Source: Camelus dromedarius (lineage: Eukaryota). From it: 64,000 bases of DNA. Made by a program: the position numbers and the translations under genes. The first letter of the stretch is position 1. Each line of letters opens with the position of its first letter. Under the pieces are notes generated by a model, which saw only the letters and a list, made by a program, of their open reading frames with translations, was not told the origin of the DNA and did not search any database. This document shows positions 53,395 to 64,000 of this stretch, piece by piece. The DNA lies in assembly GCF_036321535.1 (NCBI RefSeq), contig NC_087436.1, positions 100,132,001 through 100,196,000 of the forward strand, read 5' to 3'.

Positions 53395-53809
53395 ATGTAT
53401 TGCTCACCCATCTGTGTTCAAGTAATGCTATGGAAGTGAGTGATCTTGACTAGTGAGGAGGATTCGTTCTATAGGGTTATTCAAGGGCCCCAGTTCTTCT
53501 AATCTTGTAGTTCCTCCTTCCCCAAAGCACTAGGGTGTTTTCTTCATCTACATGTCTGAGACAAGCTCTCAAACCATTATGCTTTCCAGCTCAAAGGAGG
53601 GGAAATGAGGAATTTGAAGTCAAACAATTCCCACTAAAGAAAGTGATGCAGAAGTTGCACACATCAGTTTATTCACAGCTCAGTGGGATGCCCAAATGGC
53701 AAGGAGGCTATGAAATCTTGCGCCTAAGCTTCTTGATTTTCATGCTGCCACTAAAGCTCTATTACCATGAAAAAAGAGAAAACAATTGAGAAGTTACTTG
53801 TCTGCCACA
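53395..53809 (-). mobile_element. MaLR LTR (MLT1J/K-like)
   Basis: agaagttgcacacatca, gcaaggaggctatgaaat and an end at tctgccaca. Confidence 0.7.
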
Positions 53810-53824
53810 GTTAAAGTGTGTCAA

Positions 53825-53914
53825 GGAGGGAAGTAATAGCTCAGTGTTAGAGCACATTCTTAGCACGCACAAGGTCCTGGGTTCAATATTCAGTACCTTT
53901 ATTTTTTAACAAAA
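53825..53914 (+). mobile_element. tRNA-derived SINE, camelid (vic-1-like) type
   Basis: ggaggg..tagctcagtgttagagcacattcttagcacgcacaaggtcctgggttcaat..cagtacct; A box and decayed B box; AT-rich tail. Confidence 0.8.
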
Positions 53915-54219
53915 GTCTTAAAAATATTTCAAAAAGACATTGAGTTTGAAAAAGATTAACTTCCTACTTGCCACTCCCCCCCACCAATTCCGTACCCCTA
54001 TCTTTCTTCACTATCTAGCAAGACAGGTGATAACACAACAGAAATGATTGACTATATAAACTAAAAACAGCTACAGTTTATTTGCTGATTTGATTGGAAT
54101 AATGAAACTGTGTAATCCTAGTACACATATATTCTGTTGGCTTGTGTGTTTAAATTAATTGGAATTCTTGGGTGAATTATGTCTTTTTTGCTAATTTAAC
54201 ACCATTTCCATATCGTGGT

Positions 54220-54690
54220 CTGAGATTCTTAAATGATTATGGGTCTGTAAATTTCTCCAACATCATCTCAAGTCACTTTCCAAATTGCTTAGTCAGGTCC
54301 AGGCAAATTGGTCTCTCTTTCTATTCCCAGAACATGCTGATCTCTTTATTTCCTCAAAAGTTCTTCACTCTGTCTTCTCTATCTTGATCTGACTTCTACT
54401 TCTTCACCCACATGGCTGCTCCTTATCCTTCAGCGTCTTACATCGCACCTCCGGAAAGAGTCATATCTTCCGTGACATCCCATCCAAAGCCATCCCTTCC
54501 CTGTTTCCTCAGTCATGTCAGCCTAGGTATTCCTGTTCTTCACTGAACTTTTCACAGTCTGTGATCATCTTATTTATCAATTTATCCTATATTATACTGT
54601 CTCCCACAAGAGAGGGAGACAATTTTTTTTTAAAGGTGGGGATTGACGAGAACTTTATTCACAGTTATAGGACAGGATACAGGACATCAG
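54220..54690 (+). mobile_element. L2 fragment
   Basis: cacatggctgctccttatccttcag and other pyrimidine-rich L2 3' region motifs. Confidence 0.65.
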
Positions 54691-55639
54691 AAGGGGTGAG
54701 GAATCAGGGAGGGGAGTATTTGATGGTGGTTCTATGACTGAAGCCCCGTAAAACTGCTTCTGTTGCTTGAGATGCCCACTGTATCGAGCACCTTAATGAC
54801 CACCCTGACCCACGCACCATGTCAGGGGCCTTCCACCTGGACCAGAGCCTCATGGAAACCCAGTGCCAGCCAAGCAGGACTGAGAGCCAGGGGCTCAGGG
54901 ATGTCTGCTATGTCCTCTGACCACCAGGCCCCTCCCCTTGCAGGAGTGACTGCCTGGACCAGAGGATCAAGGGGGCAGACCCCAGCTGCTTGCCAAGTGG
55001 ATATAGTTTCTCTGGGCCCAGCATTCTTAAGGCCTACACCCAAATGTAAGCCCTGTAAGTGTGTAAGACTCTTCTATGTCATTGTCCCCCCATTCTCCTC
55101 TCACCTGTGCAGTGAATGCCACACAATGGAGTTTAAAAATATTTGTTGAATGAGGAACGGTGAAGATAAGCTATTTGAAAAACAAATACATAGATGTGTG
55201 TGTGTACTTGTGTGGTGTGTGTATTCTGAGCTAATCTTACTGTTCCTCAAAAAGTAGACTAAAAGAAGCTTGTCTGCATAAATCTCAGGCAATTTTTTCA
55301 TGACAAGTACTGATAATGTGTGGCTCTAAAACACCATGTTTTTGTCCTGGAGGCGTTATGAAATCCAGCCAAGACATGGACTGTTGGTGACTAAACTAAC
55401 ACTGTTTCCCATTCTGCTCCATATTCTGAATCGAACATATGCCACAGTAGCCCCTGCTTTATGGAAATCTGTGTTGTTTTATGTTAGTTCTTTGATTTTA
55501 TTTTTATGTTTGTCTAAAGGAGTTTTAAGAAGCAGATTTCCATAAAGATGGGGCTGAAATGACTCTAGAATCAGTAAATACCCTTTAGACTGCATGACTA
55601 ACAGCACGATTGCAGAGAAGTTGTATTACGTTGTTAGAC

Positions 55640-55880
55640 AGAATTGTATAGTATAGGATTTTCTGAGTCCTAGAGTCAGATGTCCTGCATTTTTAATGAC
55701 CACGGGTGAGTGATGAAATCTCTTCAGATTCCAGATTTTTTCATCTACAATAATGCGGATAATATTAGCTTAAATATCTTAGAGTTTTTGTGAAGAACAA
55801 AAGTGATATATTGTATTTGAAGATAATACGTAGCCCAGCGTCTGAACCAGAGTGAAGGCTGAAAAAATCTTAGACGATGA
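55640..55880 (+). mobile_element. MIR SINE
   Basis: ctagagtcaga..cctg...tttttcatctacaataatgcggataat...tgtgaaga. Confidence 0.7.
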
Positions 55881-57611
55881 CTGAGGACTAGACGGGTGTT
55901 CTCTGGCCCCACTCTGCCACTGTGAAAGTTACCTGGCTTCCATCTACTGGAAACTATGTAAATTAGAAATTATGATCTTCATCCTACAGATGAGAAAATT
56001 GTCACTCAGAAATGTCAGATCCCTACTGTCACACAGATTGTGGGCAGCAAAGTCTATTTATTTTCCATTTATGTGCATTTTCTTGTCCTTAATTAATAAC
56101 CTACCTTCAGAATTCTTTCATTTCAGATATCCTGGCAACCAGAACGAGAAAATAAATCTTTGAATTATCGTTTCTTTTATTTGAAACTGTTGGCGTGTTG
56201 ATAGTTGAGCAAGAAAGGGCGAAGATAAGAGAGTGAGAAAAGAAAGAAAATTGGAGAAACTCAGAATATAAAGTCTAAAGTGCTAATGAAAGTGTTTGTT
56301 TTAAGGAAATGAGACAAGAAATCATCTTTGTTTTTTTTTTCTTTTCTTTTTCCTTAAAAAGGCCCCAGTAATAGAATCTTAACTAATTATTGAATAGATA
56401 TTTTTAAGATGTAGAAAGAAATGAGAGGAGTGCATGAAAAAAAAAAAGCCTTATTATATTTATTCTCTTTTAAAGGTTTAAATTAAAAGCAGTGTTTCCA
56501 TTCCAAAGATGTGGAAGGCAAAGACTTGACTAGTCTGAGCTATGCCTTCACAAAATAGATTCTGCAACACAATTCGAAATATTCTGTGTTGCCCTTTCTA
56601 TGTCTCTTTTTACAACCACTTTTCTCTCAGTCTTTCTGTCTCACTCAAAGGCAAAAGTAGCTGTTGGGAAAGAATGTGACGTTCCGAGGGCATCAAAGGG
56701 AGAAGCTATTCCAACAATTGTGTTGCTCTGACATGGTTTCAATTATGAATCAGCCTGTAAGTTCATTTTGTTAATTAAAAATCTACTCTATCAGAAACAC
56801 AATCAACACACTTTATGAGTCGCAGACCCAGGGTACACTCAACATTGGAGATAAATGGAAATTTGATCCAGGCAAAAACAGATTTGAGATTTTTCTCTGT
56901 GTTAGTCTCCTCTGCCGTTGGCCATATGAGAGTGTTCAGTTTCATTTAAATATCATTTAAGATTTAATAATAGCCATCCTTTCTGGTTTCTTCTCTTGCA
57001 TGTTAGTCTGGAAATGGGTTACTCATCCTTTTTTCCTGAAACCTCTCTAGTCTAAGCTCCCGGACATTGCTGGGTAGTTTCTTCCTATGAGTTAAATACT
57101 TCAAATTTTTATTTTTCTATCTCTTATCTCCCAAAGGGCACCAGAGGCAAATGGAACCTTGAATTATCTAAGATAAATAATTTATTTTCCGAATAGTTCT
57201 CTCTGGGAACAGAGGAGTCCACCTCTATATTCATTCAAGGCTTACGGCTGCGTGTCTCTCTTTCAGCATTCTCCACAGGGCAGTCCTGGGGGCCAGCAGA
57301 CCCTCCTCGTCCTCCCTAACATCAAGCCGACAAAGTGGTCCAAAGGAAAGCTACTCACATGGCTGTGGGGTTGTTGTGCTTCTATGCGTGGGAACATGTC
57401 CTTAACCTACATGATTTGATAGCCTTTGAAGAATATTTCTAAGTTCTTCACCATTTTTTGTCTTCTCTTCTATTCTTAAGATTGAACCAGAATATTGCTA
57501 ACTTCTGATTGTTAAATTTATATATTGGAAACCAAAGCTCTTAAGGAATTTGTGTGGGTTTTTTTTTTTTTTAAATCACTTTTAAATAAATGTAAGTAGG
57601 GCGGCACAAAA

Positions 57612-57642
<31 letters not shown>

Positions 57643-57895
57643 CTGAAGATCCTGAAAAAACAAAAACGCAGCTAGTCGCAAAATGTTCTCACTGTTCCAT
57701 TCCCAGTGTCTGAAAATGATCTATCTACAAGAAAATAATTCTGGGCATAATATGTGTAAATGAGAAAGGAGCCCTGGGAAAGAAGATGTACTCCAGTGTG
57801 TTGCCATAGAACACAAGCCTAACCACTTACAAAGAAACCTTAGCAGTGAAGACTCCCCATACAAGCATAACTGACAATGTGATTGCACAACTCAC

Positions 57896-57942
57896 CAAAG
57901 ATGTCCAAAAAAATAGTACTAATGGCTGCTCCAGGCTCAGCT
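57896..57942 (-). CDS. Candidate 47-nt exon
   Basis: Acceptor ctcttcctctctag; donor TTG|gtgagt. Confidence 0.15.
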
Positions 57943-58049
57943 CTAGAGAGGAAGAGCTGGTTAAGTTTGTGTTTTCGCACAGATGGCTCTGTTGCCTCCT
58001 TGAGGCTACATTCGTACAAGCTTTTTGATCACACTCTGCCTATCGGAAA

Positions 58050-58300
58050 TATGGTAGAACATATGTCAGTAAGATGCCAAGACTGGGCTGTGGTGTTCCA
58101 GGCATCTGGCTTGGATACCCAGCTCTGTTTCTGCTTTGCTTGCTTCTTTGGGCTAGCTATTACCTTGCTAAGTCTCAATGTTCACATTTCTTGCTGAAAA
58201 AAGTGGATTTGCCTTATAAAATTGGCATACTCTAGTGATTTCAAATAATGTCTCCATGTAGAAAATGCTAAATAATTTATAACCATGATTATGAAGTGAG
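58050..58300 (+). mobile_element. MIR SINE
   Basis: ctggcttggatacccagctctg...gggctagctattacc...ctcaatgttcaca. Confidence 0.55.
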
Positions 58301-58599
58301 TTTCAAATTCTGAATCATTTTCCTTGTTTTCTTGGATCTTATTTGTTGGAAACTTCATGACTACTCTTTTAAATTTAAATTTACCAAATTCGTCGATTAA
58401 GATTATTTTGAAAGTGACCAAGAAAAAATAAACTAAACTAAAAGCAGCTAGTAATAATAATTTTTAATAGAAGTTTTTTTTTTTTAAATTTATAGAAATT
58501 AAATGCAGAAGAAGCAAATTCAGGACCAATGTCACAGCTCCTAGAAGGTCAAACATTTTCTATATTATTATTCTACCATCTTAAATATATAACTTCAAT

Positions 58600-58790
58600 T
58601 ATAGTAATAGAGACTATGTCTTTAGTGTTTTGTGTGTACCAGAAGCATAGCAAGCATTTTTAAATTTGTATTTCATTTAATATCCAAAGCAATCATAAAA
58701 GCATTCCAATGTTACACATGAAGTAACTGAGGCAGCATAATGTGTATGTTATCCAATATCACACGATCCCAATATTTGCCTTGGCTAAAG
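58600..58790 (-). mobile_element. MIR SINE
   Basis: tttcatttaatatcc...acatgaagtaactgaggca. Confidence 0.6.
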
Positions 58791-58814
58791 CCACCACATC
58801 TGCATCATTCAAGC

Positions 58815-59015
58815 AAACAAGGAGGAAGGACACAAAAAAGGCATGATTTTCAGGACACTTCTTAGGTGCTGCACATGCACTTCCACCTTTACCCTGTTGG
58901 CCTCAATTAGTAACAAGTAATACTTGCAAGGAATGCTGGGAAATGTAGTCTTTATTTTTAGAGACAATGTGTCTATTAAACACTGAACGTGCACCTGGTA
59001 GGGAAGAATGGCTAC
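58815..59015 (-). mobile_element. MLT1J/K-like fragment
   Basis: tgcaaggaatgctgggaaatgtagtcttt. Confidence 0.65.
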
Positions 59016-59339
59016 TGCGTTTTTAGTTATACAGATTTTGCAATTCTATTGAATGGTGTCCTCATGGATATTTAGAGCTATAACCTCAGAATAAAGACAT
59101 ACTTTATCCAAATCTAGGTGTTTTTTGTTTTTTCCCTCTCTCTATCCTGGAAGTTTCCTCCTGCTAACAGCATATCTTAGGCAACCATTCCCAGAACATA
59201 AAGCCAATGTGTATTTCATATAAGATATATTATCACTTAAACAAGTCTTTTTCAAAATCTTTGCTACCAGTAATCTTACTTATATTTCGAATTTAATCTA
59301 GAAAAGTTAGTCTTTTTTACATGCAGAAACTTGGTGTTT

Positions 59340-59500
59340 CTGATCATTCATTCATCACATATTTTTAAGCATATGCTATCTTCCAGGAACTTTTTCAGCA
59401 CTAGGCTTGAAGAGATAAATAAGACAAGTCCCCGTTTTCACTGATGTTACACCCAGGCAAGGAAAAGCAAATTAAAAAATAAGATAACTTGAATATTTAT
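59340..59500 (-). mobile_element. L2 3' end
   Basis: cattcattcatcacatattttt...ataaataagacaagtcccc. Confidence 0.7.
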
Positions 59501-59683
59501 ATTATTTACTGGATGATTGTTTCATGAGTTACATTTCCTACTTCTGAGTAATTTAAAACCATGCGAGAAATAAGTATACCCATAGAATTGCAAACTTAAT
59601 CCTATGTTCTTATTAAATGACATAAGTGATAATCATTGTGGAGAGCATCAAGAACTATGAAGGAGCTAAAATTTTATTCGACT

Positions 59684-60136
59684 TGTAAACCAATAAGGTT
59701 GCCTGCCAGGGTTTCACGGATGTTGGTTGCAGACACAAGGCTCCCCTGCCAGAGACAAGCAGCAGCACCATTCCCAGCACAACATGCAGCAGGAGCTGTA
59801 TCTTCACATTAATTCCCCTTCCCCTCCAAGACCCATGAGGGGGATGCAGAGTGGCCTAGGCGGACAATTCACATCCAGTAGATTTGTGTCCAACTGAGCA
59901 ACCCTGAGCTTAGGAAGTCCTCATTCTTTAAAAGGGCCTGCTAGCAAATCTGCTCAAGATCTTCCTTGAAAGGGGGCATTATGTGTATCATACAGGTTGG
60001 GAGACAAATATTCCCTCAACCCTGAAGACAAACACTCTCTCTTACAGTTTGTTATACCAACATCCTTGAAAAGGTGGTCCAGAACAGCAGCTGATTCAAA
60101 ACATGGAGAGACATCATGGAGAGTTGTCTCTCAACA
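59684..60136 (-). mobile_element. ERVL solo LTR (MER76-like)
   Basis: tgtaaaccaat...ccagagacaa...aaccctgagcttaggaa...catccttgaaaag..tccagaaca...catggagagttgtctctcaaca. Confidence 0.85.
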
Positions 60137-61404
60137 CACATGTAAGACCACAGTTAGTTGTTGGGCTGGGTTTCCGCAAAATGCTGAGTGGTGCAGGTAT
60201 TCAAATTGTCCAAAGCCTGCGAGTTCAATCCAGTTGCCTAAAGTGGAGATGTGTATGGGAGATTCTAAGAGCTAGCGGGGGTATAACGTAAAATAAGAAT
60301 ATTCCTAAGTGCACTAGAGAAATCAGGCTTCATCCTGGGGAATACAGAGAGCCAGTCATATGAGAAAAATGATGGTGAAAACAAAATTGGGGGAACATTT
60401 TATGGTGAGCTTGCTGGAGTCGGATCGTTCCTGTGGACCCTGGTCAGAGACACCTTGCACAGGGAAAATCCACTAATCAAATAAAAAGGGCAAATAAACG
60501 GAATGCATCCAATAAATTTCCAGTGCTTTAAGCATAAATAGCAGTGAGAATTATGGTGCTACCAGGAGAAACAAGTAAGTCAGAAGAAGTTGTCTTAGAG
60601 CCGGGAAAATCAGGCTGATTTGAATTACATTTCATTTGATCTAAACTGAAAATATCCAAGTGGAAAATATACGGTAGGATGTGGGAGATTTGAGATCAGA
60701 AAACATGTTGAAATCAAGCTTTTGATAGATGTGAAATGATACCAAACTCACTTACGAACTTGCAAGCAAAACAAAGTCTCAGCTACGTCACTGTTCCCGA
60801 CAAAATTGTCAACCTTGGATAAGGTGGGGTCCAGGCAAGTCTAAGTAATGAAGGATATACTGTACAAGTGATTACTTTCTGACATCAAAGAAATTTTTCT
60901 TCTAAATGTTGATAAGTTTCTATGTTTCACAGGCCTTAACTCTAGTTTCAATCAAAAAAAAAAAAAAAAGAAGAAAGAAAATCACACTTCATCCAGTCCG
61001 GCAAGCGTGATTTCTTGTTGCCCAAGGGCATATAATATGTTGGATTCAGTTAATTAGTAGACTAAATCTTCCCTGTCTAAAAGGGCCTCGAATATTTCTT
61101 CACTGCTTTCTATACTCTGTGGAGTTGCTTCATAATTTGAGGAAGATTTAACTGTAATTTGAGTTAGCTGACTGGCACAGAATACTCTTCGGCTTTTCCC
61201 TCTGGCAGTTCATTTATTCACTCCACCCACACATTTACACAACATTCTTCTTTATCAGCAAATGTGTGTCACTGCACTTCGCTAGCGATTGGCTATAAGA
61301 CAACAATGAATCAACAAAGTTTGTATCTTATTTCTGGTGAAAAATACTTGCACCGCACCTCAAGTCTAGTCACTGAAACTGTGGTTGTGCCTAAGAACCT
61401 TGTC

Positions 61405-61740
61405 ATGCCTACCTCAAGTCAGATTCTTAGTTACAAGCAGCATCAACCTACTCTAGCTGACTTAGGTAGAGAACGCACTGTTTTTTTTTTTAAAGGGAGG
61501 CTGGGAACCACCATATCACTCTGAAAAAGCTGGTAAACCAGGGTCAGGACATGCGCAGAAACAAGGGAGCCCGCATGACCAAAGCCACAGCCAATGTGAA
61601 CAGTCTCAGTGTGGACAGTGGATTCGTTTTACCTTTATGCTGTTGCATAACCCCTGTCCAAAGCCAACCACACAATAATATCGATGGCTGGGCTCTATGT
61701 ATATGTCTGTACATCATGCTACAAGACATCTCTTGTGCTC
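61405..61740 (-). mobile_element. Old MaLR LTR (MLT1L-O group)
   Basis: tcagattcttagttacaagcagc..aacctactctagctgactta. Confidence 0.5.
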
Positions 61741-63136
61741 CAAACTTTTACCCAGATACCCTCCTCTACCCACTGGTCACTATCTCCTGACATGTTTCCA
61801 CTCCATCCTTCCATTGTCTGATCCTCCTCCAGCACTCTCCCATTGGGACCCCTCCAATAATTAATAGAAATAGAAGATAGTTAAGAAGATAGTCCAACAT
61901 TTAGACCTTTTATCTTACAGTTCTGAATTAAAATCATTTTATGTAGCAGTTAACCTTTTGCAAATGATTTGGAGCTTCTAATAAGCTCTTGGGCTGAATT
62001 ATGTTTTGGGCACCAAAAAACAAAGATACTACCTTTGTCTTCAAAATAGTCACTATCCAGGGGGAAGAAGCCATATAAAAGCTGTCTGGAAAAGTGTCTT
62101 CATGGCGTTCCGTGTAAAGTATTATGAGAACACAGATGAGAGACTAATTCTGCCTTCAAGTAGTCAAGAGAAACTGCAGAAAACGAGTTGTACACAGTCA
62201 TCAAAGTACCATTTAAGCATGAACATAATTTCTCCACTTATTCAGGGTGTGGACCTTCAGCTGTATTTTCAGTCAAACATAAACATGTCATTTGTTGTAC
62301 TTCACAGGGTTGAAATAGCAAACTGTATCTCAATGAACAAAATTTGGCTAGTCTCAAACAAAATCCCCAAATTTACAAGCATACAGCCTTTTGGTCCTAT
62401 CTTCCCAAGGCCCCAGGCTGCACAGTGTATTTCCTTAATATTACAGTTGTTGGATGATAAGGGAAAAATAACATGTAACCAGAAAATATAATTTTAAAAG
62501 CTATTTTTAATATACCAAGGAAACATAGTCTGGAAATGAATTCTTTATCTTTGAGATTTTATCTGCCTGGGGTACATTCTTGGAGTGAGAGGAAGACAAG
62601 GCCAAGGTAGATGGAAATGGAAAGTGTTCAAAAGTTTACATTTTAAGCTTTGCCTGTGATATTTTAAGGTGTTGTAGATATTTTTGTGAGCTCTCTCTGT
62701 GGGAGCAGAATCCATCAGCCTGCTCGTCGGAGGAATGGGGCAAACAGCTCAGCAGTGCTCTTGGCACGGATCATGCATTTTTCTATCATTCAGAGTTTGG
62801 TCCCACAATCCCCCAAATGTCACCAAATTAATAAGGACATTTTGTTTTATTTTCAAATTTCACAAAGTGGCATTCCTGGAATATTGGCTTTAGCAGCATG
62901 TGGACAGATTCCTGCAGGGACTGGGTCAGCTGCTTCAAACTGTTTCACTGTCCAGCTCACCTTCTCACTCCAAGAAGGTATCGGCTTCATTCTTCTTTCA
63001 GGATATAAGTAGTTGCCTGTTGTGAAACATTTTCTCTTATTCTTTACTTTCCCTTAAAGAGAAATACTGATTTTTCATCTGTTGAAAATCATTTCTTTGG
63101 ATTATGGAATTGTCTCTAAGACAATACCTATGAGAC

Positions 63137-63161
63137 ATATATATATATATATATATATATA
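63137..63161. repeat. (TA)n microsatellite
   Basis: Seen directly. Confidence 0.9.
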
Positions 63162-63914
63162 AAATCCAATATTCTAGGAGGTAGCACTTTTCTAGAAACA
63201 TTTTATTCACCAATAAATTACATGATATTTACCATTAGAATAAATCCAGAAAGGGATACATGAATAAATGGATGAATGAAAATTAGTTGGCTATAACCTT
63301 AGATAGCAAAAGTAAGGGTGAAGAGAGATTGAGACTCAGGACACATAATTTCTACATTGTAAAGACTGGAATATTCCTTAAGCAAGGGGACTTTTCCAGA
63401 AATAGTAGGCTCAGAGGATGCACCAAAATTAGAAGCAAGCCAAGATACAGATAATCTTTCTACAAGAAATGAACTGAGTGAAAAAAAGATTTGGTCCCCT
63501 GACTTATTAAATACATATTGAAGGTTTATGCTGTACTGTGTGTGCATGTGTGACCGTGCCTCTAGCAATGAAAGGTGCCAAAGCATTTTGATTGCAGGTG
63601 TTATTCCCAAAAGGCTCAAATCCTTGCAATTGCCAGTTAATACTCTATTAATATATTCAACAAATACTTTGTTCCCTTGATTTTCCTACAATGAATTTTA
63701 CAAAAACACTATCATGATGTTAAGGATTAGCTTGCAATTCAGATGAGTGTGTACACTGATGACTGGTTGTTTGATTAGATCTTTGAGCCTGCTTTCCCTT
63801 GCCATAGGCGGAAGATACTAAAAAAGGACTGAAAATTAATTGGATAAATGAAGATTCATAAGGAGATGTGGGGCAGGTACCTGATCTACATTGTGTGGTC
63901 CATCTTTGTTGGAC

Positions 63915-64000
63915 ACAGTATTACTTATTTGTTGTTTTATAACAAATGGCCTCAGAAACTTAGCAGAGAAACACAATAAGCAATTATGATCTCAGTTTTT
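63915..64000 (-). mobile_element. MLT1 LTR, truncated by the window end
   Basis: taacaaat..cctcagaaacttagc...aataagcaattatgatctca. Confidence 0.6.

Noticed and set aside
53825..53899. tRNA gene
   Set aside because: It has an A box, but the B box is decayed, there is no proper acceptor stem, and it ends in an AT tail. It is a tRNA-derived SINE.
54763..55149. 128-aa ORF
   Set aside because: A GC-richer patch lowers stop frequency, it runs into an L2 3' end, it has a non-ATG start, and no homology is recognised.
60751..60839. Further minus-strand exon extending the candidate ORF
   Set aside because: It fits the frame only by choosing the second of two overlapping donors, which is too ad hoc.
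62006..62491. Longest ORF (161 aa)
   Set aside because: TTG start, begins in L2-like sequence, and has no recognisable domain or convincing splice context; likely chance.
62880..62920. miR-15/16-like hairpin (tagcagca near aatattggc)
   Set aside because: Only the seed matches, the order of the words is wrong, and no complementary arm is visible.

Overview
This is AT-rich (roughly 35-37% GC by eye), CpG-depleted mammalian genomic DNA, either intergenic or deep-intronic. It is not prokaryotic: there are no operons, CRISPR arrays or rRNA/tRNA genes, and I recognise no known protein. Much of the window is ancient eutherian repeats: MIR, L2, L1M, MaLR/ERVL LTRs and hAT/Tigger DNA transposons. One tRNA-derived SINE at ~53.8 kb resembles the camelid vic-1 type, and Alu, B1/B2, Bov-tA/BovB, PRE-1 and CanSINE appear absent, so a camelid genome is likely. 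The best-supported signals are a near-consensus CTCF site with retained CpGs (~49.3 kb), a 5'-inverted (twin-primed) L1 with a TSD, several nested insertions, and a palindromic templated-insertion scar at 43.55 kb. More speculative are a phase-compatible chain of minus-strand candidate exons (57.9, 47.3, 28.3, 27.5, 25.2 kb) giving an unrecognised ORF of ~155 aa or more, and some plus-strand exon-like segments. Repeat family names come from recall of consensus sequences and boundaries are approximate. I see no convincing novel biological system.
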